A stretch of 64,000 nucleotides of DNA from Glaucostegus cemiculus (Eukaryota). The stretch is taken from the NCBI GenBank assembly GCA_976551045.1, contig CDPCPM010000016.1, forward strand, positions 8,866,001 to 8,930,000. The letters run 5' to 3'. Under the pieces are notes generated by a model. The model was given only the letters and a program-made list of their open reading frames with translations, ran no database searches and was not told the origin of the DNA. Made by a program: the position numbers and the translations under genes. Numbering within the stretch: the first letter of the stretch is position 1; each line of letters begins with the position of its first letter. Below, in pieces: positions 50,021 to 62,299 of this stretch.

Positions 50021-52402
50021 TTCAGAAATCTCATTTCTCTCTGTATTTGGGCTTCACTGAACCTGTAAATCTTGGAACATCTGCTGTTGGATTCCCCAAC
50101 CTAAGCACTGTTCTCTTGCATCTTTTTGCAAACTAAGGGTCGGTGGGAATGTTGATCCTAAAAGGCTAACCATGTCATCTCTCCCACTACCCCATTCTTC
50201 CCACTGTTTTCTCCTATCTACAGAATCTCCTGGTGGCTTTCCTGCAATGGTGGGCCTACCAGTCAAAGATATGATGGAAGTGCAGATGAACCTCATGTGA
50301 TTTTAAAGTACCAAAAGAATGAGATTCAGATCCAATCAACATCAGCATTAATTTTTAAAAAAGACATCAAATCTTCTGCCTCCCTTTTCAAACATTTTGG
50401 TTTATCACCAAAAATGGTTTAAATTTGAAAACTACTGGTTACAGAAGATCGGAGTTAAGGTCCAAGTTCAGCAGCATTCAAGGTCATTGGTGTCATCAAT
50501 TATTGGAAATAATTCTTTAAGTACTTGGAGCTGATTTTTGCACAGTGAAAGTATGTTGTTATTCATGACCCTTGGATTGTTGCAATATGTTAGGTGCTGC
50601 CTCAGCTTGTTTGGATTACATTTTTCAGCTCTCTATGTCAATTGCCTAGCTAAACACTACAAACACCCTTCAGGGTTTCCTTTGTTATTAATTGAGGTCA
50701 ATGGACCTCTGTGAAATATGACCTCAAGCATCACATTAAAGCATGTCTACAGATACACCCACAACAAATGACTTCTCAACAAGACTTAAAAATTGTATGA
50801 TATTAGGTCAATCATTTCTTAACATAACAAGACCAGAATACTTAGACATGAGTCCATTAACAAAGGAAGTGTAATATTTCACACTTTGAATGCATTACGT
50901 TTTTTTCAAAGCTGCTTATAGTAGCAACTACCATGCTTCAATGGAAGCTGAAAGAATTACATGTCTATTTCATCTAATGCACAATAACACTCTATTTAAT
51001 GGGACAGTTTCCCAGCTATTCATGAACCCAATGCTGATATTGTAACTGAGAATCTTTTAACACTTATTTTCCTCCATTCTTTATAAATTTATTTTCTGAA
51101 GAGTTACCTCTTCCAACCTGCATCAGCCAGGTAAACAATCTCCAGGTTTTTGCAAAAGTTGCTCTGAATAGCAGTTGCTGGGGGTAATGTTAGATTAACA
51201 TGTCAAACAAGAAAAGGACAGGTTTGGGTCACGCAGCTGTTTTACACCTCTCCATTGCCTTGAAGAAGTTGTAAAGTTGGGAGAGGTGTCAAATTTACAG
51301 AAGAAAAAAATTATTATAGCTTCCCACCTGGAGGTTAAATAAACAAAAGCTCCTCCATCTCCCTTGACAAATATTCTCTATACTCTATAATCTACTAAAT
51401 GGGAGATTGCAGCAGAAAAACATTATTCTACCAGTTTCTAATGCTAGGGTCTTGAAGGTGCAAGTCATAAATAAAAGAGAGCTGCAGTTATTATTTAATC
51501 TACATAAAAATATCCCTCACATTTAAATGTGAAAAATATCATTGATCTTTTTACAAACTGGTAAGATTATAAAAGGCAATTCATGTTGGAGTACAGGTGC
51601 TGAAAATTCTGAACTACCTTTAGTAAGAAGCAATCGTTAAATTGTAAAATTGGACAACTGATATAGCTAACTGATTGATTTGTGGGAAAAAATTAAACCC
51701 ATGCCAGGCCCTGTCTAGATCCGAGAGCCATTCATTTGCTTGAGTTGCAGTCAGAGATTAGGAACATGACAAATGCTACCTTACTCCCCCTACACCCCAG
51801 ATTTGAAATCAGGTCTGTTCTCAGTGGCAGAACGACACTAATGTGATCATACTATTTAATATGGGATTTACAAAGAGCTAAATTTGAACAATTTCACAAA
51901 TAAGTCTCAGGCCTAGAGAGATTTCATGTTTCCCAGATTAGAAGAAGCTCACTGGCGGTTCAATGTGCCATCAGTAACATGCAGGCTGAGTGTACTGCAG
52001 TGTGTTTCATGCAAAGCTTCACTGGCTAGGTAACACTGATGATGTATAAGAAAATGGGGTATGCTTTTTGGCATGCTGCCTGTTCTGGACTAGAGACAAT
52101 GGAACCTCCAGAAGAAATTGGCAACCTGATTAACAATGAAGATTAATCATAAACCTGGCTCCATATCCTTCATATTTTATTGTTATTACTCTATGTTATT
52201 CATTAAAGCATAAATGATGATTTTCTTTTAAATATGAAAGATTAACAAATTGGAAGCAGGCAATGCCACACACAGCAATCAGCTTACCCATGACTAGGTC
52301 TGGACAGATCCCAAAAACAATTGAAAATAAATTTTGTTTTAGCAAAGGTATAAACACATGACTGTCATAGCATCTTGAAAAACCTACCAATGCAATACTT
52401 AC

Positions 52403-52534
52403 TTAGACCTTTTTCATCCATGAATTACAAACAATAAGTGTTTATTATATAAACCATTTGAGCAAAGTCAATGCTTTTCCTTTTAACATGACTTTGTAAA
52501 GAGGCAAGATTACTGCTTCAGAAGACAACAATGG
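52403..52534 (-). other. Candidate spliced exon (mostly non-coding; possible ATG near its 3' end)
   Basis: Acceptor tgtcttattttcag|C and donor TAA|GTAAGT; all three frames contain stops; ATG GAT GAA AAA GGT CTA A precedes the donor. Confidence 0.3.
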
Positions 52535-52799
52535 CTGAAAATAAGACACTGGCCAGCAAGTCAAAACACAAAACAATAATTTCTTATATTCATTTCTATT
52601 GATTTGTACAGAACAGATTTTGCCAACAAAACACAGAATACAGAACATAGCCATTACCATATTGCTCATTTAGAGCTAACAGCTGAGGACAAGGTTCAAG
52701 GTGTAGGTCACTAAAATATAATTCCCAATAATTATACTCATCTCTATTGACCTGCGAAAGCACTCACATCCCAAAACCAAATTACTAAAAACAAGCCCC

Positions 52800-53050
52800 T
52801 TGAGACAAAAATCTTAAAGGACATCCCAAAGTGTGTTTTTGCTAAAAAAGGAAATTGAACCATTAATACTGTTGTAATCTAAGAAATACAGCAGCCAATT
52901 TGGGCTCAGCCCATAATAAATCAGGTAGTTTTCCTTGATCTACACAAGAATATTGTTCCAATTTGAATATAAAAAAACATCATTGCTGTTTCTTCAAAAT
53001 GATCAGATGATAAATCTAACAAAATTGAGTAATGTATAATCTATTGCATT
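52800..53050 (-). mobile_element. Deu-type SINE fragment
   Basis: acatcccaaagtg...actgttgtaatctaagaaatacagcagccaatttg. Confidence 0.55.
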
Positions 53051-53334
53051 GAAAATTTCCAACACACACACTTTTTCTCAAGCCAGATCATTAAATTTCA
53101 TGAAGCTTCTTTACTGCCATCGAAAGGATCAACGTGGTAGCTCAGTGCAATTTTTATTTTTGCAAGCAGGTTCCTCAAAATTCTAATAAAAGAAAGCCTT
53201 GAAATTGACATTCTGTAATTTTTTGTGACAGTCAATTGATCTCAATACTGACAATTCTTTAAGGAAAATCAATTGGTAAATCACAATACAAGCAGAAGCA
53301 ACTGGGACAAAGATGGATATCTTATGAAACTTAC

Positions 53335-53492
53335 CTTGTTAGGTCTCCGTGGGCAGATTAGACTGTTGAGCATTAGATGTTGAGCTTATCATGAAAAAGA
53401 CGTTCCAGGGTTTATAATATGCCAGTAGTGCTGGTTCAGTACCAACGACTTTCATTTACTTCACAACTTTTATGTATAAACAACCAGAGGTC
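53335..53492 (-). other. Candidate non-coding exon
   Basis: Long T-rich tract then cctttgtccag|G acceptor, and consensus donor AAG|GTAAGT; stops in all frames. Confidence 0.3.
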
Positions 53493-53944
53493 CTGGACAA
53501 AGGTGGCGAGTTGAGAAAATCAAAGCAAAATAGACACAAATAAATAAGCAAAATAGACAAAAATAAATAAAGGATCAAAAAGTTGGAATGGTATAGGCTT
53601 TGACTTTGAACATAACACCCTGGCTGAGGAGGGGCAAATGCCTGGTATGTGCTTGTTCTGGACACACCAATGGGCAAAATGTGCAGTAATGTCAGCCACA
53701 ATATTTTTTGCTGTGTTACTAATTATGCTGCTATCAGATTTGTTTTATTGTGGGGTGGGTGGGAAACTGATAACTGGTTTCTTGGCTGGATCATTTGCAC
53801 AAAGTAAATACCAACTAATACTGCCAAATACTCTCTTACTCACAGGTACTTCTGAAGGATTTGAAACAGCCTTAGATTTTTTGAAGGATTTACACATATT
53901 AATAAAAGTATTAATGTTCTAAGATCTACTATAAACCTACTCTA

Positions 53945-54095
53945 GTCTAAACTGAAAAGCTGGAAATCTGAAATAAAAACAGAAAATGCTGGAAATTTCA
54001 ACTGAAAGAGGACACTGAAGTGAAACATAACTCTGTTCTTCTCATCATGGAGGCCGCCTGACCTACTGAGTATTTCCAGCATTTTCAGTCTTAAT
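53945..54095. repeat. Penelope-derived inverted-repeat element
   Basis: aaaatgctggaaat ... atttccagcatttt inverted ends. Confidence 0.7.
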
Positions 54096-55189
54096 TCTAA
54101 ACTGGAGTTTGCAAGAATCTTTCACTCTCTTCTGCATGAGTATAAAAGTGATTAAAACTAGTAACGGCTAAATATATTTTAATATGAACAGTGAAATGCA
54201 ACTTGTAAATCTGAATCATTCCAAGCTAATCAGAACTCACCCTGAATTCTCTTTCCTACCTCTTTGATCTCAGGACCATATTGTCAAGACTTCATTGCTT
54301 CAGAATCAAGTTCTTATGAGGCCACACTTAGCCAGTATTACATCGCTTTATTGAAGCCTCTCCAACACATCTGTAATGGCAGATGCCAGCTACTAAAAGC
54401 CCTCCACTTAAATGTGCTGCAGGATAACGGCATTATATCTAAGTAACAGGGAGAGGAACTCAAATCACCAGCAAACATAAAATATACTCATTTAAAATTA
54501 AAATTAATTGTGTTTAAACATTGACAAATCACAATAAATATTCCAAAAGATAAAGTGGCTCATGAAACTGAACATAAAACTTGGTCACTTCAGATGTTTA
54601 GCTTGCACACAATTTCTAAAAGTGAGTGAGCACACCCTAAAACGTAATAAAATTGGAAGAGCTCGACAAGTCAGTGATTTTCAGAATGCAGCTACATACC
54701 TTACTGCTATTGTAATGTTGGCATGGAAATGAAAACATTAGTGTGAGACTTGCTATTTAATTCTTTGTCCCACTCCTATTCTGACTTTGGCACTGAACAT
54801 TGTTCCAATGAAGTCCAAACCACCTCAAAAACACTTCATCCCTCAATTCCAGACTTCACAACCTTTTGGGTTCAACACCAATTTATTTTGGACAGCAGGT
54901 GTTGGTTATGGTTCTGCTGTTACCATTTGTACCCCCTCTAAAAGCATCTCTTTTTTCTTTACTGGATCTTTTACCAGCTCTTCAGCCTTGCAAAAGCGTG
55001 CCTTTTGTCAATTCATCACTCCAGTCTTTTCACACATTTTTCCCCTCTATTCCTTGTGCATCACCCAGCACTTAACACAATACACATACTACAGTCCTGC
55101 ATCCGCACTCTCCACCATGCCAATTCCACACAGCACCCTTCCACTCTCACTCTTTTTGTCTCATAACTCACAGATGAAGTTAAATTTCT

Positions 55190-55325
55190 AACTTTCAGCT
55201 GTTAAAGATAAGCCATTATCCCAAACTATTAACTCTGTTTCTCTCCCCACAGATGCTGCTTGACCTTGAAATTTTCCAATATTTAATGTTTTTATTTCAA
55301 TTTTCAGCAGCTATAGTTTTCACCT
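55190..55325 (+). repeat. Penelope-derived pseudo-LTR repeat
   Basis: ttaactctgtttctctccccacagatgctgcttgacc. Confidence 0.65.
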
Positions 55326-57599
55326 TTCTATCTTTACATCTACTTGTTAATAGTGACAGCAAATTAGGAATACTACAATTATTCGCCTTTGAATTCAATT
55401 AACCTTTCACATGGCTGAGAAAGACAGGTTTGTAAAAACAGCAATTTTAATATAGAATAGATTATTTTCTTCAGATAAATCCAAACAGGCTAATAAACAG
55501 GTTCAGGCTTCTTCCCAATTGTGAATTCAGACCCAATGACAAAGATCTGGCATTTTAAAAAAGTATTATTATTACAGTTAAAACACACCACCTTTATCTA
55601 AGCTCCGTACATTAAAATAGTTCAATGGATAAAAGATCAAAAACCTTAGTGGCAAAGCTGGTTGCTTGCAAGGATACATCTTACTCTGTATGATATTCAC
55701 CTTAAACTCAATTTCTTAACATCTTTCAGGAAGCATTTTGAACATAAAATGCATATAATATTAATAAAAATAATACAATGCTGCATGTTCCCTTTGCTTC
55801 AACAGGTGGCTCCTATTTAGAACATTACAGCCCTTCAGCCCCCAATGTTGTGCTGACATGAAGTGAAGTGAATTTGAAGCAAATTTACTTTTGTTCTCCC
55901 TCCCACTCAAAAGAAAGCAAGTTCTTGCTGAATGTGATTCCACAGAATCCAAATTTCCTCAAGAAAATTTACTGAAGCGTTTTTATATGTGCACTAAACC
56001 CTAAGTGCTAATTGGCTCTCTGACTGGAGTGATATCACAAACAAGCATGATCCTGACTTTGTCTGATATGCACAGATGTAAGTTTCTAGTACAGCCATGG
56101 ACAGCAATCAAAAGAAAGAATTTTAGCCAATTTTCATCTTGCTCACGTATATGGACTAGAACTAATTATACCATCCATAGTATATCCCTAATTGATGTCA
56201 GCTAACACTGCACAGTTGAAGATTAAGATTTTAACCTCTCTGGGCTATATTCTCCGTCTACTCCCTCAATAAATTTAGGGACCATTCAAGAATTTCCAAA
56301 GCCAATGATCTTATGTTACCAGCTGATTTTTTTTTAAATGCATGGTACATTTGTACAGCTGGCAAAGGCAGCACTTCTTGCACACTGTTCATCTTGTCCA
56401 TAATTTCCCTTGAAAGGAGCAGCTCATATACAAGACTCAATCATCTTGTGTCTGCAGTCATATCTAAACCAAACCTAACCTACCGCAGTCCAGCAAGATA
56501 TATAGTCTCAGAATACACTAACTGCACAATACGAACAGAAGTAGGAGGATTTTGGTTAGTGATGCTATTACAATTATAAACAGTAAACTGCTTAGAACAT
56601 GCTGATTATCTCACCATTCTGAATATGGTAAGAATGATACATTCTTTCAAAGAATGCAATCAATCACTTCCATATTGAAGTAACATTTCACTGTGTCGCC
56701 AGGATTTACTTCATTGCGCAATAACTACTATTATGAAATTGTAAAAATCATAGCAGAGAATTTGTGCAAAAAGTATTATGATATTTTAGTTATGTAATCT
56801 TTTATTAGAACCTTATATTTTAATCAAAACGTACACAACCAAACTATTCACAACCTGCCTTTTCTCTTTACAGATACAGATCTTAACTGGGTTGCAGTCA
56901 AAAGCTGAAGTAATCATGCATAAACTGTGTATGGTCTGGGCGTCCTGTCGAAAAGAGCCCAAACAAAAGACTGAAGAATAAATACAAGCTAAGTGTCATA
57001 TGATGAACACAGCTGACTTGAAGGAGCACCATCAAAGGGATGGCTGCCATCATGAAATCAAAATGCGGACTATAATTTTCTTGTCAATCACCTCCCTCAT
57101 TTTTGTACACTTTAAAATGTGCCCTCGTAAATGCAAATAAATTTGTGTTGACTCATGAAAATCAAAAAAGCTAACCTATGGAATGTTCTCATTGGGGAAT
57201 AAGGTTATTGAATGTTTACCATATATCAGCAAAAAGGGGCTTACTTCACACAGCACTGAAAATTATAACAACATGTAGGTCCAAAACTGGCATACCTTTC
57301 ACCATATTTATCAAACTTTACAGTAGTTACATAAACTTTAGAAGATGTATGATCTGAATGTAGCTCTGGATGTATCAATGATTATGAGTGATGAGCACCA
57401 ACAGGAGCAACTAAAGACAAAGGAATCCACCTGTGGCTTGCAGGTCCAGTACTGATTCCCCCTTGCCATGATTATCTGAAGTCAAGGAGCCTCTTTCTTA
57501 CAAGGTCATCCACAGGGAATGTGAAGGTTCTAATAAAAGTGCAGAAAAGATTTTGAAGAGTAGTCCCAGAGATGACGAACATCAATACTTCTCTAATTC

Positions 57600-58400
57600 A
57601 TTTTTTAGGATGCCGATATCACTGGCAGGACTAACTTTTGATGCCCATCCATATATGTGTTACAGAATGTGGTGGTGAGTCACCTTTCTGAACTGCTGCA
57701 GTTCTGCTGGTGAAAGTACTTCCACTATGCCATTGGAAGGAGAGTTCCAGGATTTAAACCCAGCAACAGTGAAGGAACAGCAATATATTTCTAAGTTGGG
57801 ATGGTGTGTGACTTGGAGGGGAACCTGGCAGTAATGTTTCCATGCTCTTGCTGATATTACCTTTCTTGGTATTCCAGGTCACAGGTTTGGAAATCCCTGT
57901 TTGAGTAGCCCAGAAAAGTCACTGAAGCACATTTTGTAGGTAGTCACACCACAACCATAATGTACCAGTTGTGGAGAGAATGTCTGTTTACAGTGGTGGG
58001 TGATGTATGCAGTTTTGTCTGGGATGGTGTCAAGCTGTTTGAGTATTACTAGAACTCACTTATCCAAGTAAATTAAGAGTATTCCACCAAGCCGTGTAGA
58101 TGGTGGAAAGGTTTTGGGATGTGAACAGTTGATTTGCTCCTCATAGGAGGCCCAATCTTTGACCTACTCACATAGTCAGAGTATTTAGGTGATTGCTCCT
58201 ATTGAGTATCAGTGGTGATCCTAGGGTCTTGACAATGGGTGACTCAGTGACGGCAATGTCATTGAATGTCAAAGGTAGGTGGTAATATTTTGGAAATGAC
58301 CACTGCCTGGCACTTGTGGGGCACAAATGTTACCTGCCGCTTATTAGTCTATATTTTCCTGAATTCAAACATGACTACTTGATTTAAGGAGTTGCAAATG
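57600..58400 (-). mobile_element. Second CR1/L2-group LINE family, 3' portion
   Basis: ggatgccgatatcactggcagg...gagttccaggattt...gtgaaggaacagcaatatattt...gcacaaatgttacctgcc (WQVTFVP-like on -). Confidence 0.85.
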
Positions 58401-58419
58401 GATAGCATGGAGCTTATAA

Positions 58420-59960
58420 AGACATAGAAACACAAGGAAGTGGAGCACCAGTAGACAGATTAGCTCTTCAAACCTGTTCCACTATTCAATATGATCATGA
58501 CTGATCACCTTTCTTAATACTGACTGTATCTCCCCATATCCTCTGATGCACTTTGTATCTTTGAGTTTATCTATCTCTTTAAAGATATTTAGCACTTTGG
58601 CCTTTACAGTTTTTTGCAGTAGCAAATCCCAAGATTCACCACCCTCAAAGTGAAATTTCTCCTCACCTCAAATTTAAATTCCTTACCTTTTAACCTGAGA
58701 TTGTGACTCTTTATTCCAATCTCCACAGCCAGGGCAAACATCCTCCCCTCTTGCAGTCTGTCTGACCCATTAGAAACTTGCAAGTTTCAATGAGATTCCT
58801 CTCACTGTTCTAAACTCTAATCAAAATTTTCACGTGGGACATTATCAAATGCTTCCTGAAAATCCAAGTGCATCAAATCCACTGATTTTCCCTTAAAATA
58901 CAAACTGAGTTGACCTAATCTTTCCTCATACGGCAGACTCACCATTCCAAGATTCAGTCTGATGAACCTACATTACACATCCTTTATGACAAGTATATCT
59001 TGATGATTATAAATGACTTCTCCTTGGATCTAATAATATCCTTAACATTTTCAAGTTATTGCTTTTCTTTTTGAATTTTTACACCAGTCAGGAATGTATG
59101 ACAGTTCCTGTATTTGCTCCTTATAATTTGGGCATTACCTAGCCACCATTACATCTTTTAATGAGGATTCCCAATCTACCTGAGTTAACTTATTCCTCAT
59201 AACTTTGTTTAGACTTCAAAGCCTAGTTTCCATCTGAACTATGTCACTTTCCATCTTAATAGAGAATTCTATCATGTAATGGTGATATTTTGCTCATGAC
59301 CACACATCAAGATTATTAACTAACCCTTTTTCATTTAAAAAAAAGTGGCCAGTCTGTTCCTAGTTAGCTGCACAAACTACTAGCCCACAAAACCACCCCA
59401 TACACACTCTTAGACTACTTCCTCCATAGTATTATTGGTGATTTAGTTTGGCCAGTCCACATGTGGATTAAAGTCAGCCATAATTATTGTAGTACCTTGA
59501 TAGATGCATCTTCAGTTTCCTACTGCTGTCCACTGCTGGTCAGAGGTCTTCCACCCCTTTGTTCTGCTGGGCTCCACCCGGACTGATTAAACATCTTCAT
59601 TTACTAAGCCAATAGCCGTTCACTATTGCCCTGACTTCATGCTTTACTAATAACCCACCTTTCATTTTGCCTGTCCGTCCTAACAATTAAATACCCTTGG
59701 ATATTTAAGTTCACAGCTTTGACCATCTTGCTGCCATTACCCCATAATGGCAGTCATATTTTATCCATTTACACCGTTAATTTGTTCACCTGTTGACCAA
59801 ATGTTTTGCATATTTTGGTAAAGCACCATTAGATTTATCCTTTCTTAACTTTTTAAAAAAGATATCTCAACATATTTTTGAATTATTGACTCATTTGATT
59901 TTTGTCATATTTGTTTGTTCAGACTCTATTTGTTAAAGTATACCTTAATCCCACACTCTT
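58420..59960 (-). mobile_element. Old CR1 fragments (3' end, RT piece, APE region)
   Basis: catagaaac tail; tcaaatgcttcctgaaaatccaa reads LDFQEAFD on -; gattaaagtcagccat reads MADFN (GDFN) on -. Confidence 0.8.
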
Positions 59961-59969
59961 TTGTTTCCT

Positions 59970-60855
59970 GACACAATCCACTATCGTGGGCAGTATCTCA
60001 AATAATGATGAGTCAGAGTACAGGAAGGAGATATAGAGCTTAGTGACATGGTGTCACGAAAACAATCTTTCCCTCAATGTCAGCAAAAGAGCTGGTCACT
60101 GACTTCAGGAAAGGAGGGAGTGCACATGCTCCTGTCTACATCAATGGTGCTGAAGTTGAGGGGCTTGAGAGCTTCAAGTTCCTTGAAGTGAACATGACCA
60201 ACAGCCCGTCCTAGTCCATCCACGTTGACATCAAGGACAAGAAAGCTCACCAGCGCCTCTATTTCCTCATTTGGCATGTCCCCTTTGACCCTCACCAATT
60301 TTTACTGATGCACCATAGAAAGCATGCCATCCGGACGCATTACCGGTTGGTACAGCAATTGCTCTGCCCGGGACTGCAAGAAACTGAGAAGAGTTGTGGA
60401 CACAGCTCAGCACATCATGGAAACCAGCCTCCCCTCCATGGACTCTGTCTACACTTCCTGCTGCCTCTGCAAAGCAGCCAACATAATCAAAGATCCCATC
60501 CACTCTGGACATTCTCTCTCCTCCCTCCTCCCATTAGGCAGAAGATATAAAAGCGTGTACCACCAAGCTCAAGGATAATTTCTATCCCACTGTTATAAGA
60601 CTATTGAAAAGTTCCCTAGTATGATAAGATAGACTCTTAACCTCACAATCTACTTCATATAACCTTGCTCCTTATTGTCTACCTGCACTGCACTTTCTCT
60701 GTAACTCTAACACTTTATTCTGCACTCTGTTATGGTTTTACCTTGTACCACTACCTCAATACAGTGTTGTAATGAATTGATCTGTATGAATGGGACGCAA
60801 GACAAGTTCTTCACTCTACCTTGGTACATGTGGCAATAGAAAACCAATTTATGAA
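59970..60855 (+). mobile_element. Rex1/Babar-clade LINE, 5'-truncated, relatively young
   Basis: TIVGSISNNDESEYRKEI*SLVTWCHENNLSLNVSK...DFRK; ITGWYSNCSARDCKKLRRVVDTAQHI...IIKDPIHSGHSLSSLLPLGRRY; tail ggtacatgtggcaatagaaaaccaatt. Confidence 0.9.
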
Positions 60856-60859
60856 TTTA

Positions 60860-61390
60860 ATTTCCTGATTTTAATTTACCAGTTTGGTTACCTTCACCCC
60901 AACTGCTTATCTGCTCTGCTTGCTCCTGCATTCCAAATTTCCCTTCAATGGGTCCCTCCTCTCCATGCCCCTAATACCCCCCCACCCCACACTTAGTTAC
61001 CTCCCTCCCTATGCCATTCTTGAGAACTATGGTCCTCGTAAGGGTTCAGTGGAATGGCTCTTCCCTCCCCAATACTGATGCCAGTGCCCTGCAAATCAAA
61101 ATCCATTTTTCCCACACCAATTTTTGAGCTACACATTCATCTCCAAGATCCTACTAATCCTGACCAAATTGTTCATAGTTTATTTGATAATCCCAAAATT
61201 ATTACCTTTTCAATTTAGCCAAGCTGCTCACATGATTTCCAGCACCTGCAGTCTCTTGTGTCTCAATAGAACCTTCCTTAGTCCTACCAATATCACTGAT
61301 TCCCACGTAAACCACAACAACCAGATCCACCCCCTCCCACTCCAAGCTCCCCTCCAGTGTGGAAGGGTTATTGCTTCTCCAGGCACCAGG
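60860..61390 (-). mobile_element. CR1 ORF1 (SGNH esterase) fragment, probable continuation of 58420-59960
   Basis: ORF 61202-61507: PGA...LEWEGVDLVVVVYVGISDIGRT (VVVHVGTNDIG motif). Confidence 0.75.
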
Positions 61391-61394
61391 TATG

Positions 61395-61775
61395 TAACAA
61401 ATTGAAAGAATTATTTTCTGTGGTATAGAGAATATTGAGATGTGATTTGATAAAAAACATTCAAAATCATCTGGAGTCTGGTCAAGATGAATTAATATTA
61501 TTGGCATTAGGGCCCATAACCAGAAGACTCGGATTTAAGGTGATTGGGAAAAAAATTATCATGCACAAGGTAAAACCATTCACAACGCAAGTACTCATAA
61601 TCTGGAATCTGCTATCCAAGAGTAGAAGGAACTGATTCTCTCATTGCTTTCAAGGGACACAGTAACTGCAGAAATGCAGGAAAAGGACTGAAACATGGGG
61701 CTGACAGGATTACTCTCACAGGTAACGAGCACAGACTCAATGGGTCAATAGACTCTTTCTGTGCTGTGATATGCA
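61395..61775 (+). mobile_element. Old CR1 3' end
   Basis: ORF 61435-61635: LRCDLIK...FTTQVLIIWNLL; tail gagcacagactcaatgggtc...ctgtgctgtg. Confidence 0.8.
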
Positions 61776-61844
61776 ATTTTAACTCTTTTATTTTGTATTT
61801 CCACAGCAACAAGGCTTGGAACAGCAGGAGATAGAGAACAGGAC

Positions 61845-62175
61845 ACAGAACAGTGGTGCAGCAGTTAGTGCTGCAGACTCACAGAACCAGTGACCCTGGT
61901 TCAACATGGACCTTGAATGCTGTCTATGCGCATTCTCCCTGCGACTGCATAAGTTTCCTCGAGGTGCTCTGGTTTCCTCCCCACCCCAAAGATGTATGGG
62001 TAGATTAACCATCTGTTATAAATTATCCTTTAGTGTAGGTAAGTGGCAAAAAAATTAAAAGGGCTTATGAGAGAGAACAAGCCGCAGAATTACTGGGAAA
62101 TAGGAGAGGGAATGGGACTGATCAATTACTCAGCACGGACTCAATAGGTTGAATGACTTTCTTTGTTGAAATAAG
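61845..62175 (+). mobile_element. HE1-like V-SINE with CR1-type tail
   Basis: cagtggtgcagcagttag (A box), ctggttcaacat (B box), ttctccctgcgactgc...ggtgctctggtttcctccc core, cagcacggactcaataggttgaatg tail. Confidence 0.85.
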
Positions 62176-62299
62176 TAATTAAGTTCAGGCGATTCCAAGC
62201 AGCAGGCAAGACTTTGGTTGATACAACCAATGGAACAACAACACTGAATATTGTTGCCCAGTATACTCTATTTATTGTGAGGTTTCTTCTGAGTTCCAC

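Noticed and set aside
54787-55191. 134-aa ORF
   Set aside because: Non-ATG start, in pyrimidine-rich low-complexity sequence upstream of a Penelope-derived repeat; no domain.
61850-61925. tRNA-like sequence (also ~49785-49840 and ~2815-2885)
   Set aside because: These are SINE heads with A/B boxes followed by a V core, not cloverleaf tRNA genes.
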